Shown here in pieces: positions 19,720 to 29,434 of a DNA stretch of 64,000 bases. Origin of the DNA: a virus. Location of the stretch: positions 1-64,000 of IMG/VR virus record IMGVR_UViG_3300045988_109843; one strand, 5' to 3'. The notes under the pieces are model-generated. The model saw nothing but the letters and a program-made list of their open reading frames with translations, made no database searches and was not told the origin of the DNA. Position 1 is the first letter of the stretch, and every line of letters begins with the position of its first letter. The position numbers were made by a program, and so were the translations under genes.

Positions 19720-20016
19720 TCACAAATCAGCAAGCTGTACAGGAGAATTGATATCTGGACTATCCAAATCCATCCCAAACTCCTCAGACATTTCATTCTT
19801 GATTCCCCAAAAGTAACCTTCTGATGGAACGTAAACAATAGTCCACCATCCATACGCTTCTTTATTCTTGGGCGTGAATTCACGAGTTGGAATTCGATTA
19901 CCGCCAAAGCTAATTGTTGTGGTTTTGGATGGATTCTCAACACATTTGTTATCAAGAATCCGAAGAATATGTTTAATGGACTTCTTAGAAAGATTCATAG
20001 CTTTCTCCTTAGCCAT
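19720..20016 (-). CDS. hypothetical protein
   Basis: 98 aa. Confidence 0.45.
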   Translation of the reverse strand: MAKEKAMNLSKKSIKHILRILDNKCVENPSKTTTISFGGNRIPTREFTPKNKEAYGWWTIVYVPSEGYFWGIKNEMSEEFGMDLDSPDINSPVQLADL

Positions 20017-21340
20017 AGCTTACTTCGTTCTTATCGTCTCGGAATCGCACAAAGGTCGGGAATTGCAGAGACTCAAGACCAGTCTTTTTGTCCATCGTGA
20101 CTTCTTTGTATTTACACTCCACAATCTTGCCAATGTAGTCATCGGGATTCGCCCGCACAGCAGCTCTCGTAGCATCATCAAAACCAGAACCAATGCGAAG
20201 CTCATTACCCTTATAATCCACAACGAGAGCTCCCATCGTGCCAGCCAGACGGTTCTGGCCTTCCTCGATTGCAGTGATTCGCAGATCAACAGTATAAAAA
20301 CGCTTAATTTTGAGACATCCGTTGTGACGAGCCCGGCGATAAGGGACATCCGTGTTCAACATAAGACCTTCCCAATCGTGCTCAACCGCATAATCAAGCC
20401 ACTTTGGAATCACGTTTTGGTCTTTCCCTTCATAGACCATGGGAACAATCTCAATATTTTCAAGGTTCTTGTGAGCAATCTCTGCACGAAGGCAATTCAA
20501 CCATTCACGGCGCGTCCGATACGGAACCGTGCATTTACTGCGGTCGAACTCGACAACAGGAATCACATCAAAAATCACAAATTTGATTTCAGTCTTGTCC
20601 TTATTGTCAGAATTAAGTAGGCCAGTTCCGAAACGAAACGCCTCTCCGTCCGACATTCCTTCGGGATTCTTGTAGATAAGTTCTCCGTCAAATACCAAAG
20701 AATCTCGCCTCGTCGCATCGCCGTCATACAGAGAAAGCAGGTCATTCTTTATATGGTCGAGCCCTTTAAACTTCTGAGCCTGCCGAGAGATAAGCTCGCC
20801 TCTATGCATGGTGCCCCTGTTTCCATTCATCTTCTGGCTCAAGCTGAACCAAATACCATCCTTCAGCTTAACCTTATCAATCGGGTATCCCTGCTGAACC
20901 TCCCAGACAGGAACAATTTCCTCGCCATATACCTTATTGATGGTAGTTGCTTCCACACCAATTGGCAGATTCTTAGTAAACAGTCGTTTCAGAAACTCTT
21001 CGTACTCAGGATTTTTATGTAAATAATTCTGGATTGTTGCAATAGATGCATCAGAGCCGGTATTGTGACCAGCACCCATAATATAAAGGTATCCGCAGCT
21101 GAGATACTGAACGTCGATATCCGGCTTTGCAGTTACCTTCTTATTGATCTTTGCGTCCGACAGTCCAGTAACAATTGCCGGGTCGAGCAGGAATCGGAAA
21201 AACGCCATCAGTTCATCAGCTTCATCTCCAAAATCCTTACGTGCATCCAGCAAAATGCGGGTCTTATCCGTCTTCTTCTTTGCTTTCTGCAATGCCTTAA
21301 CCATCGCATCAAGCTTACCTATGAGCTCTTTATCTGTCAT
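20009..21340 (-). CDS. ATP-dependent nucleic-acid ligase (DNA-ligase-like nucleotidyltransferase)
   Basis: 443 aa. Motif I KMNGNR (KxNG rather than KxDG), motif III LVFDGELIY, motif IV EGLMLN, motif V LKIKR. Confidence 0.7.
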   Translation of the reverse strand: MTDKELIGKLDAMVKALQKAKKKTDKTRILLDARKDFGDEADELMAFFRFLLDPAIVTGLSDAKINKKVTAKPDIDVQYLSCGYLYIMGAGHNTGSDASIATIQNYLHKNPEYEEFLKRLFTKNLPIGVEATTINKVYGEEIVPVWEVQQGYPIDKVKLKDGIWFSLSQKMNGNRGTMHRGELISRQAQKFKGLDHIKNDLLSLYDGDATRRDSLVFDGELIYKNPEGMSDGEAFRFGTGLLNSDNKDKTEIKFVIFDVIPVVEFDRSKCTVPYRTRREWLNCLRAEIAHKNLENIEIVPMVYEGKDQNVIPKWLDYAVEHDWEGLMLNTDVPYRRARHNGCLKIKRFYTVDLRITAIEEGQNRLAGTMGALVVDYKGNELRIGSGFDDATRAAVRANPDDYIGKIVECKYKEVTMDKKTGLESLQFPTFVRFRDDKNEVSYG

Positions 21341-21353
21341 AAAGCCTCCTCGT

Positions 21354-21376
21354 GTATCCTGTGTTATTTAGTTATA
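21354..21376 (+). repeat. 21-bp conserved motif, forward copy (GTATCCTGTGTTATTTAGTTATA)
   Basis: Sits between terminator 21380-21409 and the ligase start at 21340. RBS GAGGAGG follows immediately. Confidence 0.7.
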
Positions 21377-21379
21377 ATC

Positions 21380-21409
21380 AATAAAAAGGCTTGTCGTTAC
21401 GAGCAAGCC
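21380..21409 (-). terminator. rho-independent terminator (also reads as a terminator on the plus strand)
   Basis: Stem GGCTTGTCG / CGAGCAAGCC with loop TTA. Minus-strand RNA has a UUUUUAUU tail. Plus strand has TTTCCTTTCTC after the stem. Confidence 0.6.
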
Positions 21410-21420
21410 TTTCCTTTCTC

Positions 21421-21441
21421 GTATCCTGTATTATGTAGCTA
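21421..21441 (+). repeat. 21-bp conserved motif, forward copy (GTATCCTGTATTATGTAGCTA)
   Basis: Perfect 21-bp inverted repeat with 21480-21500, separated by a 38-bp spacer. Confidence 0.7.
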
Positions 21442-21485
21442 ATGGGAGAATTTTAAGCCTCCGGGATAGAGACTTCTTATAGCTA

Positions 21486-21516
21486 CATTATACAGGATAC
21501 CGATATGATTGTCAAT
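21486..21516 (-). promoter_or_regulatory. sigma70-type promoter TTGACA-17-TATAAT embedded in the 21-bp motif
   Basis: Minus strand reads aagcaTTGACAatcatatcggtatcctgTATAATgtagcta. The -35 is complementary to 21510-21515 and the -10 to 21487-21492. Confidence 0.65.
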
Positions 21517-23842
21517 GCTTTTCAGAAAATTCTTTCCGTAAAAATTCCTTCAGAAACGTCCGCTTGTATGGCACTCTCGAAGTCTTTACAGCCCGATCAA
21601 GAGCATGAGTTTCGGCGCAAATCACACAATACTTCTTGGCACGAGTAATGGCCGTATAGAGCCATTCTCTCGTCAACATCAGGTACGCAGAGTTATCCAT
21701 ACCAACAATCACATACGGAGCCTCACTGCCCTGTAGTTTATGACAACTCAAAGCGTAAGCAAGTTCAAGCGTTGCCCAAATGTTATTCCCACCAAAGTAA
21801 TGTGGAATAAAGATTGTTCCCCACTGGTCAAAATCAACCAGAATAAAACTACTCTCAATTTTTCGGATAATGCCACGGTTTCCATTGAACACCGGACACT
21901 TCTCTTCTTTTTTCTTTGTCTTGAGATTGTATGTGTGAAGCTCATAGTTGTTCTTGTTGATGATGACCTGATCACCCTCACGCAGAGTATACACCCTATC
22001 CTTGCCATCACCATAGATTGTGACCTTTGCTTCTGCTTGACCACGACTCGGATTAACAATTTCCTGAATAGCATTATTGACTTCATAAGTACAGATACTA
22101 CCACGCAGCTTCTGTGGAAGTACAATCTGAATCTTCGCACTATCATTCCCTACCTTATTATATAAGGTACGGTACTGATTGATGATGTGATTGAATGACT
22201 CACTTGCGTCTTTATAGATATCAAGCTCCAAATCACGAAGTTCACCACGAATCTCACTGCCAGCCCAGCCATAAGGCACCAACTGCGTAGCGTTACGAAC
22301 CTTAATGCTCTCCGTGATAATTGCAGACTTGGCTGCCTGACGATGGATCTTAGTCAAACGAGCCACAGGAACAACCTTAGATGCAAGCATATCCTTGAAA
22401 ATATTACACATACCGATGCTCTCAAGCTGTCCGTCATCACCAATCATGATGAATCGCTTTCCGGTCTCGATAGCTTGAATCAAGTCATAGAACAACTGAG
22501 CTCCAACCATAGATGTCTCATCCAGAATGATAATGTCTTCTTCAAGAGGATTGTCCTTATTATGGATGAAACCACCATTCTCAATATCATAACCAAGAAG
22601 ACGATGGATTGTCTTACCGTCCTGACCAGTAATCTCCTGCATACGAGCTGCGGCACGACCAGAAAGTGCGGTCTGAGCAAAAGACTTGCCATGAAGAACC
22701 TTTAGAACACCAGCGACAACGGTACTTTTACCAGTTCCGCCGTAGCCTGTTAAGATACAGACGTTGCTAGAGCATACCTTTTTAATGGCATCTCTCTGCT
22801 CTTCGGTATACTCGATGCCAAGCGCATCTTCGGCCTCATTGATTGCTGTATCCATATTTCGACCAATCGGCTCAACAGGCGCATCCGCCAGTCGCTTGAT
22901 TTCATTTGCGATTTCATCTTCCAGATTCCACACTCTAGTTAAAGCGAATTCCTGACGGTCATCACTCCACCAAAGTGTTTCACGGACATCGTGCAGATGG
23001 AAAAGTGCTCTCTTGATTACTTCTTGATCACCTTCATTCAAATTAAGTTCCTTGATGCAGCTATTGATTGTCTGGTTTGCCGGGATAATAGAGTTACGTT
23101 CTTCGGCACGGGCGGCAAGAAAATGCATGACGTAAGCTTCGATTCTGAATTGCGAATTGTGCTTTAAGCCCATATTTAAAGCAAGAGCGTCAGCTTTTTT
23201 CCAGCCGATACCATACACATCGTCAATCAGGACGTAAGGATTCTCCTCAATCTTTCTTACCAGTGTGTCTGCACCGTGATACTGACGAACAAATTTTTCA
23301 ATAGCACTGGGAGTCAAACCGTACTCAATCAGCTTCGTGTACGCTTCACTGTTGTCAATGTTGTTTTCAAAAGAGTCGATGATCTTTTGTGCTCGACCCT
23401 CAGTGATACCGCTAACAGTACAAAGAGACTTGATATCACCATTCTTGATAATTTCATACGGATTGTCGAATGCTTCGTAAAGCATCTCAAACTGATGGTC
23501 AGTCAAGATAAAACGGAGAAAGCTTTTTTGCTCTTCCGGGTCAGTGATATCTTGAAACTCATTCATATAGATGATTTTGTACTGATCACCAAACTTTTCA
23601 TGATGAACATACTCACCACAGAACGAATAAGTTTTATTCATATCAAGGCTAGGAACGTTGCCCTTTAGTCGGAGGTCACTGTATCGACTCATAACAGGAT
23701 TTCCCTGCTTGACTTTTACAACCTCGGCGGAGAAAGTGGCGAAGCCGCCGGGCTCCACCTCCCTCCCATCTTTCGGATAAAAGACTCGTTTTATCCTGAT
23801 GTAGCAACGAATCATATTTTCATTAAATTTCTTATCTGCCAC
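21512..23842 (-). CDS. RecD-like (RecD2/AAA_30) ATP-dependent DNA helicase
   Basis: 776 aa. Walker A ILTGYGGTGKST and TIHRLLG motifs. C-terminal ...ITRAKKYCVIC typical of RecD/TraA-like helicases. OB-like N-terminal domain. Confidence 0.8.
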   Translation of the reverse strand: MADKKFNENMIRCYIRIKRVFYPKDGREVEPGGFATFSAEVVKVKQGNPVMSRYSDLRLKGNVPSLDMNKTYSFCGEYVHHEKFGDQYKIIYMNEFQDITDPEEQKSFLRFILTDHQFEMLYEAFDNPYEIIKNGDIKSLCTVSGITEGRAQKIIDSFENNIDNSEAYTKLIEYGLTPSAIEKFVRQYHGADTLVRKIEENPYVLIDDVYGIGWKKADALALNMGLKHNSQFRIEAYVMHFLAARAEERNSIIPANQTINSCIKELNLNEGDQEVIKRALFHLHDVRETLWWSDDRQEFALTRVWNLEDEIANEIKRLADAPVEPIGRNMDTAINEAEDALGIEYTEEQRDAIKKVCSSNVCILTGYGGTGKSTVVAGVLKVLHGKSFAQTALSGRAAARMQEITGQDGKTIHRLLGYDIENGGFIHNKDNPLEEDIIILDETSMVGAQLFYDLIQAIETGKRFIMIGDDGQLESIGMCNIFKDMLASKVVPVARLTKIHRQAAKSAIITESIKVRNATQLVPYGWAGSEIRGELRDLELDIYKDASESFNHIINQYRTLYNKVGNDSAKIQIVLPQKLRGSICTYEVNNAIQEIVNPSRGQAEAKVTIYGDGKDRVYTLREGDQVIINKNNYELHTYNLKTKKKEEKCPVFNGNRGIIRKIESSFILVDFDQWGTIFIPHYFGGNNIWATLELAYALSCHKLQGSEAPYVIVGMDNSAYLMLTREWLYTAITRAKKYCVICAETHALDRAVKTSRVPYKRTFLKEFLRKEFSEKH

Positions 23843-23854
23843 TTTACAACCCTC

Positions 23855-26800
23855 TTACGCTATCTCTCTATCTTGCAGCCACTGCTTATAAGGCTTCATC
23901 TTCTCAACAATGTACGAATTTTCTTTTCTCTTGCAAAGGATTGCAAGATCGCTGCCCTTTGAAATCAGACTTGAATATCGTGCATACTGAGATGCCCAAC
24001 AAATCATTTCAACAATACCACATGTCGTATAAACATGTAAGTATGCAAACTGGTTACCACGTTTATCCTTCTTTTTTTGGATGTCTACGATGACACAAAT
24101 AGCAGTTGCCTTACCGCCATCCTCTACAGTATCAAGACCAGCATCAATATAGGTACAAGCATCCTTAATGGGATTGCTAGTCAAGAACATTGAAAGGGTT
24201 TCAAATTCCCACATGTGCTCGTCTTGCATATATTTCTCGGCAAACGCTTGCATGAAATCTTTTCGTCTCTTGTCTTTTTCCTTTTTGCGGTTCTCTGTAT
24301 CTGCCTCCCAGCGCACCCTTCTTGCCTTATTATATAAAGCAAGTCTAGTAGGCTTATCTTTAATATAATTTGTGTCAATCCCATATTCGTCTTTAAGAAC
24401 AGAGATTTTGGGAAGAGATGCCATCTCATGAAAACCCTTCTCTTTATACTCGTTCTCAAAAACCATATTTGCAAAAGTGATTAAGATTTTTCTCTTGTCC
24501 TTTGTTGGAATAGCTCCCGCCTTAATCAACTTGACAACGTTTGAAGTGCCAATCTTGCCACCGTTTGCTCTCTGAACAAAGTCTGCCAATCCAGAATATG
24601 GACGGTCTGCAATCACTCCTGCTGCGACACTCTCACCCATTCCCTTAATGGCTTTCAAACCAAACAGAATTGTGTGTTTCTCCGCATCGGCCTTAAATTC
24701 CATATCAGACTTGTTAACACTTGGAGGAAGAACCCGAATATGTAGCCGGTCACATTCATTGATAAACACACCCATTTTGCCAGAATCATCTTCTTTAGTA
24801 ATCATACACGCAGCCATGAAATACTCAGTATAATGAGTCTTCAGGTATGCTGTCAGGTAAGAAAGAAGCCCATAAGCAACTGCGTGGCCCCGGTTGAAGG
24901 AATAAGAAGCCTGTTTCAAGATCAATGCCCACATCTCAGAAATCTGATAATCGTTCCATCCTTTCTTGTGAAGACCATCTCTAAACTGGACCTCCAAGGA
25001 TGCCATAACATCTTTCTTTTTCTTACCAATGGCACGACGAGCATTGTCAACCTCAGTTTCAGGGAATCCTGCATAACGAAATACTGCCAGAGCCTGTTCC
25101 TGATAAAGAAGAATGTATTGCGTCTTAGCAAAAAGCTGTTTGATGTCAGGATGAAGTAGTTTGATAGTCTCTGGATGAAGTTTATTGGAGCAATACGTCG
25201 GGAAGCTGTCCTTAGTACCAGGACGATTCGCTGCGTTCACAACAATGATATCCTCAGCATTATCGCACTTTGCTTCAACACACATCTTTCGTGCTTCTGC
25301 AGATTCCATCTGGAAAATGCCAATTGTGTTGCCCGACTTGTAGACGGTATCATAGACAGCCTTATCACTTAGATCAAGATGGTTGATATCGACATCTTCC
25401 CATGTTAATCCAGCCATCTTTAACGTATCGTCAATAATGTCCAGATTCTCAAGACCAAGGAAGTCCATCTTGACCAGCGACAAATCATCCATGGCATTGT
25501 GCATCTCAAGTTGGCACATCTGATTGCCTTCTCTGTCCATACAAAGAGGACAATATTCAATGACAGGCTTAGGCGTAATCAATGTACCGGCAGCATGGCG
25601 ACCCATACTCTTAGGCAGACCCTCAAGACGCATAACGTATTTGAACCATAGAGGAAACTTGTCATATACATTAGAAAGCTGTTCACTCTTTCCGAGGATA
25701 TCCTTTAGTAGAACTTCCTTTTCAACTTCTTCGCCAAGGTCATCCAGCGTTTTTACAGTCGGAATTAACTTGGCGACCTCATTACGTAATTCATACGGAA
25801 TCTGCATATAATACGGGCTCTCTGGGTCTTCGTTCAGAACTTTGCCAATATCTTTGATAGCAACTTTTGTAGACAAAGAGTTAAACGTAGCGATAGGAGC
25901 AACATTTTCTTTGCCGAAAAGTTCTTCTGCAATAGCAATAAGTTCCTTTCGACGACGTTTAGAGACATCGAAGTCGAAGTCGGCCAGGCTCTTTCTACCT
26001 TTGTTTGCAAAGCGAGAGAAGTCAAGATCCCAACGAACAGAGTCAATCTGAGTAACATTCTCCATAAAAAGGCAAAGACAATTTGCGCCAGAACCACGAG
26101 AGTACCCACGAGGAATTTTGCGTTCATCAGCCTTTTTGCAAAGCATATACAGCATAATGAAATAGTCAATATAATCAACATACTTCAAAACATCCAGTTC
26201 CATCTCAATACGATTCCGCCGGGTTTGCTGTTCCACTTCACTCATCCACCCGAATTTTTTATTAAAAGTGGCATATACAAGGTGCCGAAGATAATCAAAA
26301 TGAGAATCAAATTTTCCCTCAATTTTCACTTCTGGCATCTGGTTCGGCTGTCCAAGACCGATATCGATATCATCAATCATGTCTGCAATTTTCACAGACA
26401 TTGAGCAGCCTTCTCGGATGAAGTCTTCATCAAACTGCTTTGAAAGTGTTCTCAGCACATCGTCTTCGGTCTGAAGATAACAGTCAACATAACTTTCTCC
26501 AACTTCTCGTCCTTCTCCAATTTCTACAAAAACTGAATGTGCCTCAACATCTTCCTTGGAAAGCATATGAGCATCTGTTGTAATAGTATACGGAAGATTG
26601 TACTTTTTGATAAAAGCTGCAATTTTGGCATTAGCTTCAGCCTGATCTGGCGTATCATGAGACTGAACTTCCATAAACACGTCATCAAAGATCCATTTCA
26701 GTTTGTTCCATAACTGCCATGCCTCGGTCTCGTTTCCATCAACAAGCAATCTACTCATTCGACCAACTTGACAGGCCGTAAGACAGATGATACCTTTACC

Positions 26801-27199
26801 CCACCCGTTCTGTTCAATGATGTTCAAAGAAGTTCGAGGCTTTTTATACATGCCATCAACGCAAGCATTTGAAACAACCTTAAATAGATTTTTTAAACCG
26901 GTCTCGTTCTTCGCTAGTAAAATAAGATGGTAACGAGGTTGTTTATAGTCTTTTGTGTCAGCTTTCTCTGCCTGATTATCTACTTCATAAACTTCACAGC
27001 CGATGATAGGCTTAATACCTTCTGCTTTACAAGCTTTAACTTGGTCAACAAAAGAGTGCATCTTGCCATGGTCCGTAACAGCAATAGCCTTCTGACCATT
27101 CTCTTTGGCAAAGTCTACAAGTTCCTTGACGGTAAGAATAGAGTCAAGTAACGAACCCTGCGCTGTATGTACATGAAGATTTACAAAATTATCTGACAT
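23855..27199 (-). CDS. DNA polymerase III alpha-like replicative polymerase (DnaE-type with PHP domain)
   Basis: 1114 aa. N-terminal PHP motif LHVHTAQGSLLDS...AVTDHG. Length and architecture match the DnaE family. Confidence 0.85.
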   Translation of the reverse strand: MSDNFVNLHVHTAQGSLLDSILTVKELVDFAKENGQKAIAVTDHGKMHSFVDQVKACKAEGIKPIIGCEVYEVDNQAEKADTKDYKQPRYHLILLAKNETGLKNLFKVVSNACVDGMYKKPRTSLNIIEQNGWGKGIICLTACQVGRMSRLLVDGNETEAWQLWNKLKWIFDDVFMEVQSHDTPDQAEANAKIAAFIKKYNLPYTITTDAHMLSKEDVEAHSVFVEIGEGREVGESYVDCYLQTEDDVLRTLSKQFDEDFIREGCSMSVKIADMIDDIDIGLGQPNQMPEVKIEGKFDSHFDYLRHLVYATFNKKFGWMSEVEQQTRRNRIEMELDVLKYVDYIDYFIMLYMLCKKADERKIPRGYSRGSGANCLCLFMENVTQIDSVRWDLDFSRFANKGRKSLADFDFDVSKRRRKELIAIAEELFGKENVAPIATFNSLSTKVAIKDIGKVLNEDPESPYYMQIPYELRNEVAKLIPTVKTLDDLGEEVEKEVLLKDILGKSEQLSNVYDKFPLWFKYVMRLEGLPKSMGRHAAGTLITPKPVIEYCPLCMDREGNQMCQLEMHNAMDDLSLVKMDFLGLENLDIIDDTLKMAGLTWEDVDINHLDLSDKAVYDTVYKSGNTIGIFQMESAEARKMCVEAKCDNAEDIIVVNAANRPGTKDSFPTYCSNKLHPETIKLLHPDIKQLFAKTQYILLYQEQALAVFRYAGFPETEVDNARRAIGKKKKDVMASLEVQFRDGLHKKGWNDYQISEMWALILKQASYSFNRGHAVAYGLLSYLTAYLKTHYTEYFMAACMITKEDDSGKMGVFINECDRLHIRVLPPSVNKSDMEFKADAEKHTILFGLKAIKGMGESVAAGVIADRPYSGLADFVQRANGGKIGTSNVVKLIKAGAIPTKDKRKILITFANMVFENEYKEKGFHEMASLPKISVLKDEYGIDTNYIKDKPTRLALYNKARRVRWEADTENRKKEKDKRRKDFMQAFAEKYMQDEHMWEFETLSMFLTSNPIKDACTYIDAGLDTVEDGGKATAICVIVDIQKKKDKRGNQFAYLHVYTTCGIVEMICWASQYARYSSLISKGSDLAILCKRKENSYIVEKMKPYKQWLQDREIA

Positions 27200-27216
27200 C
27201 TATTCTCCTTTCACCA

Positions 27217-27540
27217 TTAAAACTGGTTGCGTTCCTTCAAACGCTTAATCCAGCGCTTGCGCTTCTCGTTAGCAATCTCATTCGCTTTCGATGTAAACGC
27301 CAAGATACAATCCTCGTCATCATCATAGTATGCGTAGATACAGTTCAGCACATCCCCAAATTCTTCTACGAGATTTTCATAAGCTTCATTGATGCTTACC
27401 GGCGTAGGATTCTTCATGTCAATTGCACGATAAAACTTTATTGCAGCTTTCGACAACTCAGAACCTTCCTCACCCATCTGAATGAGAATTTCCTTGCCAT
27501 CAATATAATCAAGCACTCGTAAATTTTTATCTTTAATCAT
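27217..27540 (-). CDS. hypothetical protein
   Basis: 107 aa. Confidence 0.45.
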   Translation of the reverse strand: MIKDKNLRVLDYIDGKEILIQMGEEGSELSKAAIKFYRAIDMKNPTPVSINEAYENLVEEFGDVLNCIYAYYDDDEDCILAFTSKANEIANEKRKRWIKRLKERNQF

Positions 27541-27781
27541 CTGTCTGCTCCTTACCTTCGATAGACACTTTCAAAGTTACAGTATTACCTTCCTTTGTTG
27601 TCCATGAGTACTCACTAGAAGTTCTATTGTTGAACTGAGCTTCAGAAAGAAGCCAATCACGAACTGCCTCAATAGCTTCATCTGTGACACGAGTTTTATC
27701 TTTCCACTCGGTTCCATTCTTTTTAACAGTTCCTGCGTAAATACCAAACATACCACAACTCACATGATATTCACTCATCAC
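27533..27781 (-). CDS. hypothetical protein
   Basis: 82 aa. Confidence 0.4.
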   Translation of the reverse strand: MMSEYHVSCGMFGIYAGTVKKNGTEWKDKTRVTDEAIEAVRDWLLSEAQFNNRTSSEYSWTTKEGNTVTLKVSIEGKEQTDD

Positions 27782-28532
27782 TCTTCACCTTATCTCCAAA
27801 CTTAATAATATCGTCGAAAAGCATCACATAGTCATCGGTGTACTTGTTACCATGGAAATGGCCGAAGTACCAGAATGGTTTACAATCGTTAGGATAGCAT
27901 TCGTATATATTATCAAAGAATATTTCAGTTGACTGGTCTACTGTGCTTTGATCAATACCACCGATAAACAATTCAGTTGGAATGAACCGGAATGGACAGG
28001 TGTGCGTGAGCATAACATCAATATCATCGATTTGAGGGTCATGTGTAATATTCCAGATCTTTTTCTTAGTCTTCTCATTAGGTTGCTCATCAGGAAACCA
28101 ATGCCATCCACGTTCCAACCGATAATATTTATCTACAGAATAGGCTCCGCCACAAACAAGACAGTTCAGAATTTCCCTATCAGCAAGAATCTGGTAAACT
28201 TCGCCATCGATAGCGAAATACTGATTGGGATAATGTGGGTCATGCCACACTTTGCCGCAAATATCTCCACTGATTTCCTTTGTCCTATAACCATCCTTAC
28301 GAGAAGGGCGGCGTTCGTGGTTGCCATAAATACAAAACAGATTTGCAGGAATATCTGCGGCGATAGTCTTAATACTCCATTCGCGAGGGTCGTCCTTGCC
28401 GTAATAGTTCAAACCGACATCGCCAAGGCAGACAATCCAGTCATTCTTTCCAAGATTGTGTTCATGGCAAAACTTTTCCAATTCTAAAAAACGATTAAAA
28501 TCACCATGAATATCGCCTGTAATGTAAACCAT
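27771..28532 (-). CDS. calcineurin-like metallophosphoesterase
   Basis: 253 aa. GDIHGD, GDVG and GNHE motifs in the canonical order. Confidence 0.75.
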   Translation of the reverse strand: MVYITGDIHGDFNRFLELEKFCHEHNLGKNDWIVCLGDVGLNYYGKDDPREWSIKTIAADIPANLFCIYGNHERRPSRKDGYRTKEISGDICGKVWHDPHYPNQYFAIDGEVYQILADREILNCLVCGGAYSVDKYYRLERGWHWFPDEQPNEKTKKKIWNITHDPQIDDIDVMLTHTCPFRFIPTELFIGGIDQSTVDQSTEIFFDNIYECYPNDCKPFWYFGHFHGNKYTDDYVMLFDDIIKFGDKVKSDE

Positions 28533-28541
28533 ATACTCACC

Positions 28542-28790
28542 TCACTCAAAATCTTCTTTATCAATCACATAAGTTCGTGGATAAAATCTATCGTTTCTAT
28601 CACCGAAAATATCAACAAAGTAGACTTTAACAACCTCAAACTCACGATTACACTCTTTACTTTTTAGCATTTGAACTGCATCTCTTGCATTTTCAGCGTA
28701 GATTTCTCTGTGTAAGTTGTGATATTTCTTGAGCGTATAATTATATGTACGGTAATCAATTTTGTAATATCTATATCGTCGTTTTTCCAT
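28542..28790 (-). CDS. hypothetical protein
   Basis: 82 aa. Confidence 0.4.
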   Translation of the reverse strand: MEKRRYRYYKIDYRTYNYTLKKYHNLHREIYAENARDAVQMLKSKECNREFEVVKVYFVDIFGDRNDRFYPRTYVIDKEDFE

Positions 28791-28793
28791 TTT

Positions 28794-29117
28794 TCATTCA
28801 AAATCAAGAACAATCATATCTCCCATACCTTCATAGAAAACATGATCCATCTTAAATTTCTCACTAACCGATCCGTGGTCAGTTTCGATACAAATCTCCC
28901 AATTTGGATGCTGCTCTGCAAATTTATCAAGAATATGAGTCAATTCATCCGGTTCAATAATATGAGCACCATCATTTAAAATCTGATTAAATGCTGTGCC
29001 TTCCCGAAGTAGTTCTAAATCTGCAATAGTATGTGCAAGTGATTGATGTGCTTTGTCAAGCAAATTTAATGACAAATCGTAATTATCCACTTTATTCATT
29101 GTCAACCAACTCTCCAT
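28794..29117 (-). CDS. hypothetical protein
   Basis: 107 aa. Confidence 0.45.
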   Translation of the reverse strand: MESWLTMNKVDNYDLSLNLLDKAHQSLAHTIADLELLREGTAFNQILNDGAHIIEPDELTHILDKFAEQHPNWEICIETDHGSVSEKFKMDHVFYEGMGDMIVLDFE

Positions 29118-29433
29118 TCTTTACTTTTACAGCCTTATCGTCCCAATATTCATCAGCTCCAACCTTTCTAGGAGCAGTGCCAAAATGCTCTTTCCACTCA
29201 GGAAGACTCTCGTTGATGGCGTCAAACTGAATACCCCAATCAAAGCAAGCCTCCATTGCATCATACAAAAGCTTTCCTTCACGGCAAGTCCAGAGAATCA
29301 AACCAGCACCGTGCTTCTGTTCCTGAATTGCTTGATAAATGACATTCCAGTTTGGCTCACCGATATCAGGATAATTATTCTCACAGAGAGTGCCATCAAA
29401 GTCGATGGCGATAGCACGTTTCCAATTTCCCAT
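29092..29433 (-). CDS. small HAD-like phosphatase-fold protein
   Basis: 113 aa. N-terminal AIAIDFDGTL is a DxDGT HAD motif I. Confidence 0.45.
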   Translation of the reverse strand: MGNWKRAIAIDFDGTLCENNYPDIGEPNWNVIYQAIQEQKHGAGLILWTCREGKLLYDAMEACFDWGIQFDAINESLPEWKEHFGTAPRKVGADEYWDDKAVKVKNGELVDNE

Positions 29434-29434
29434 A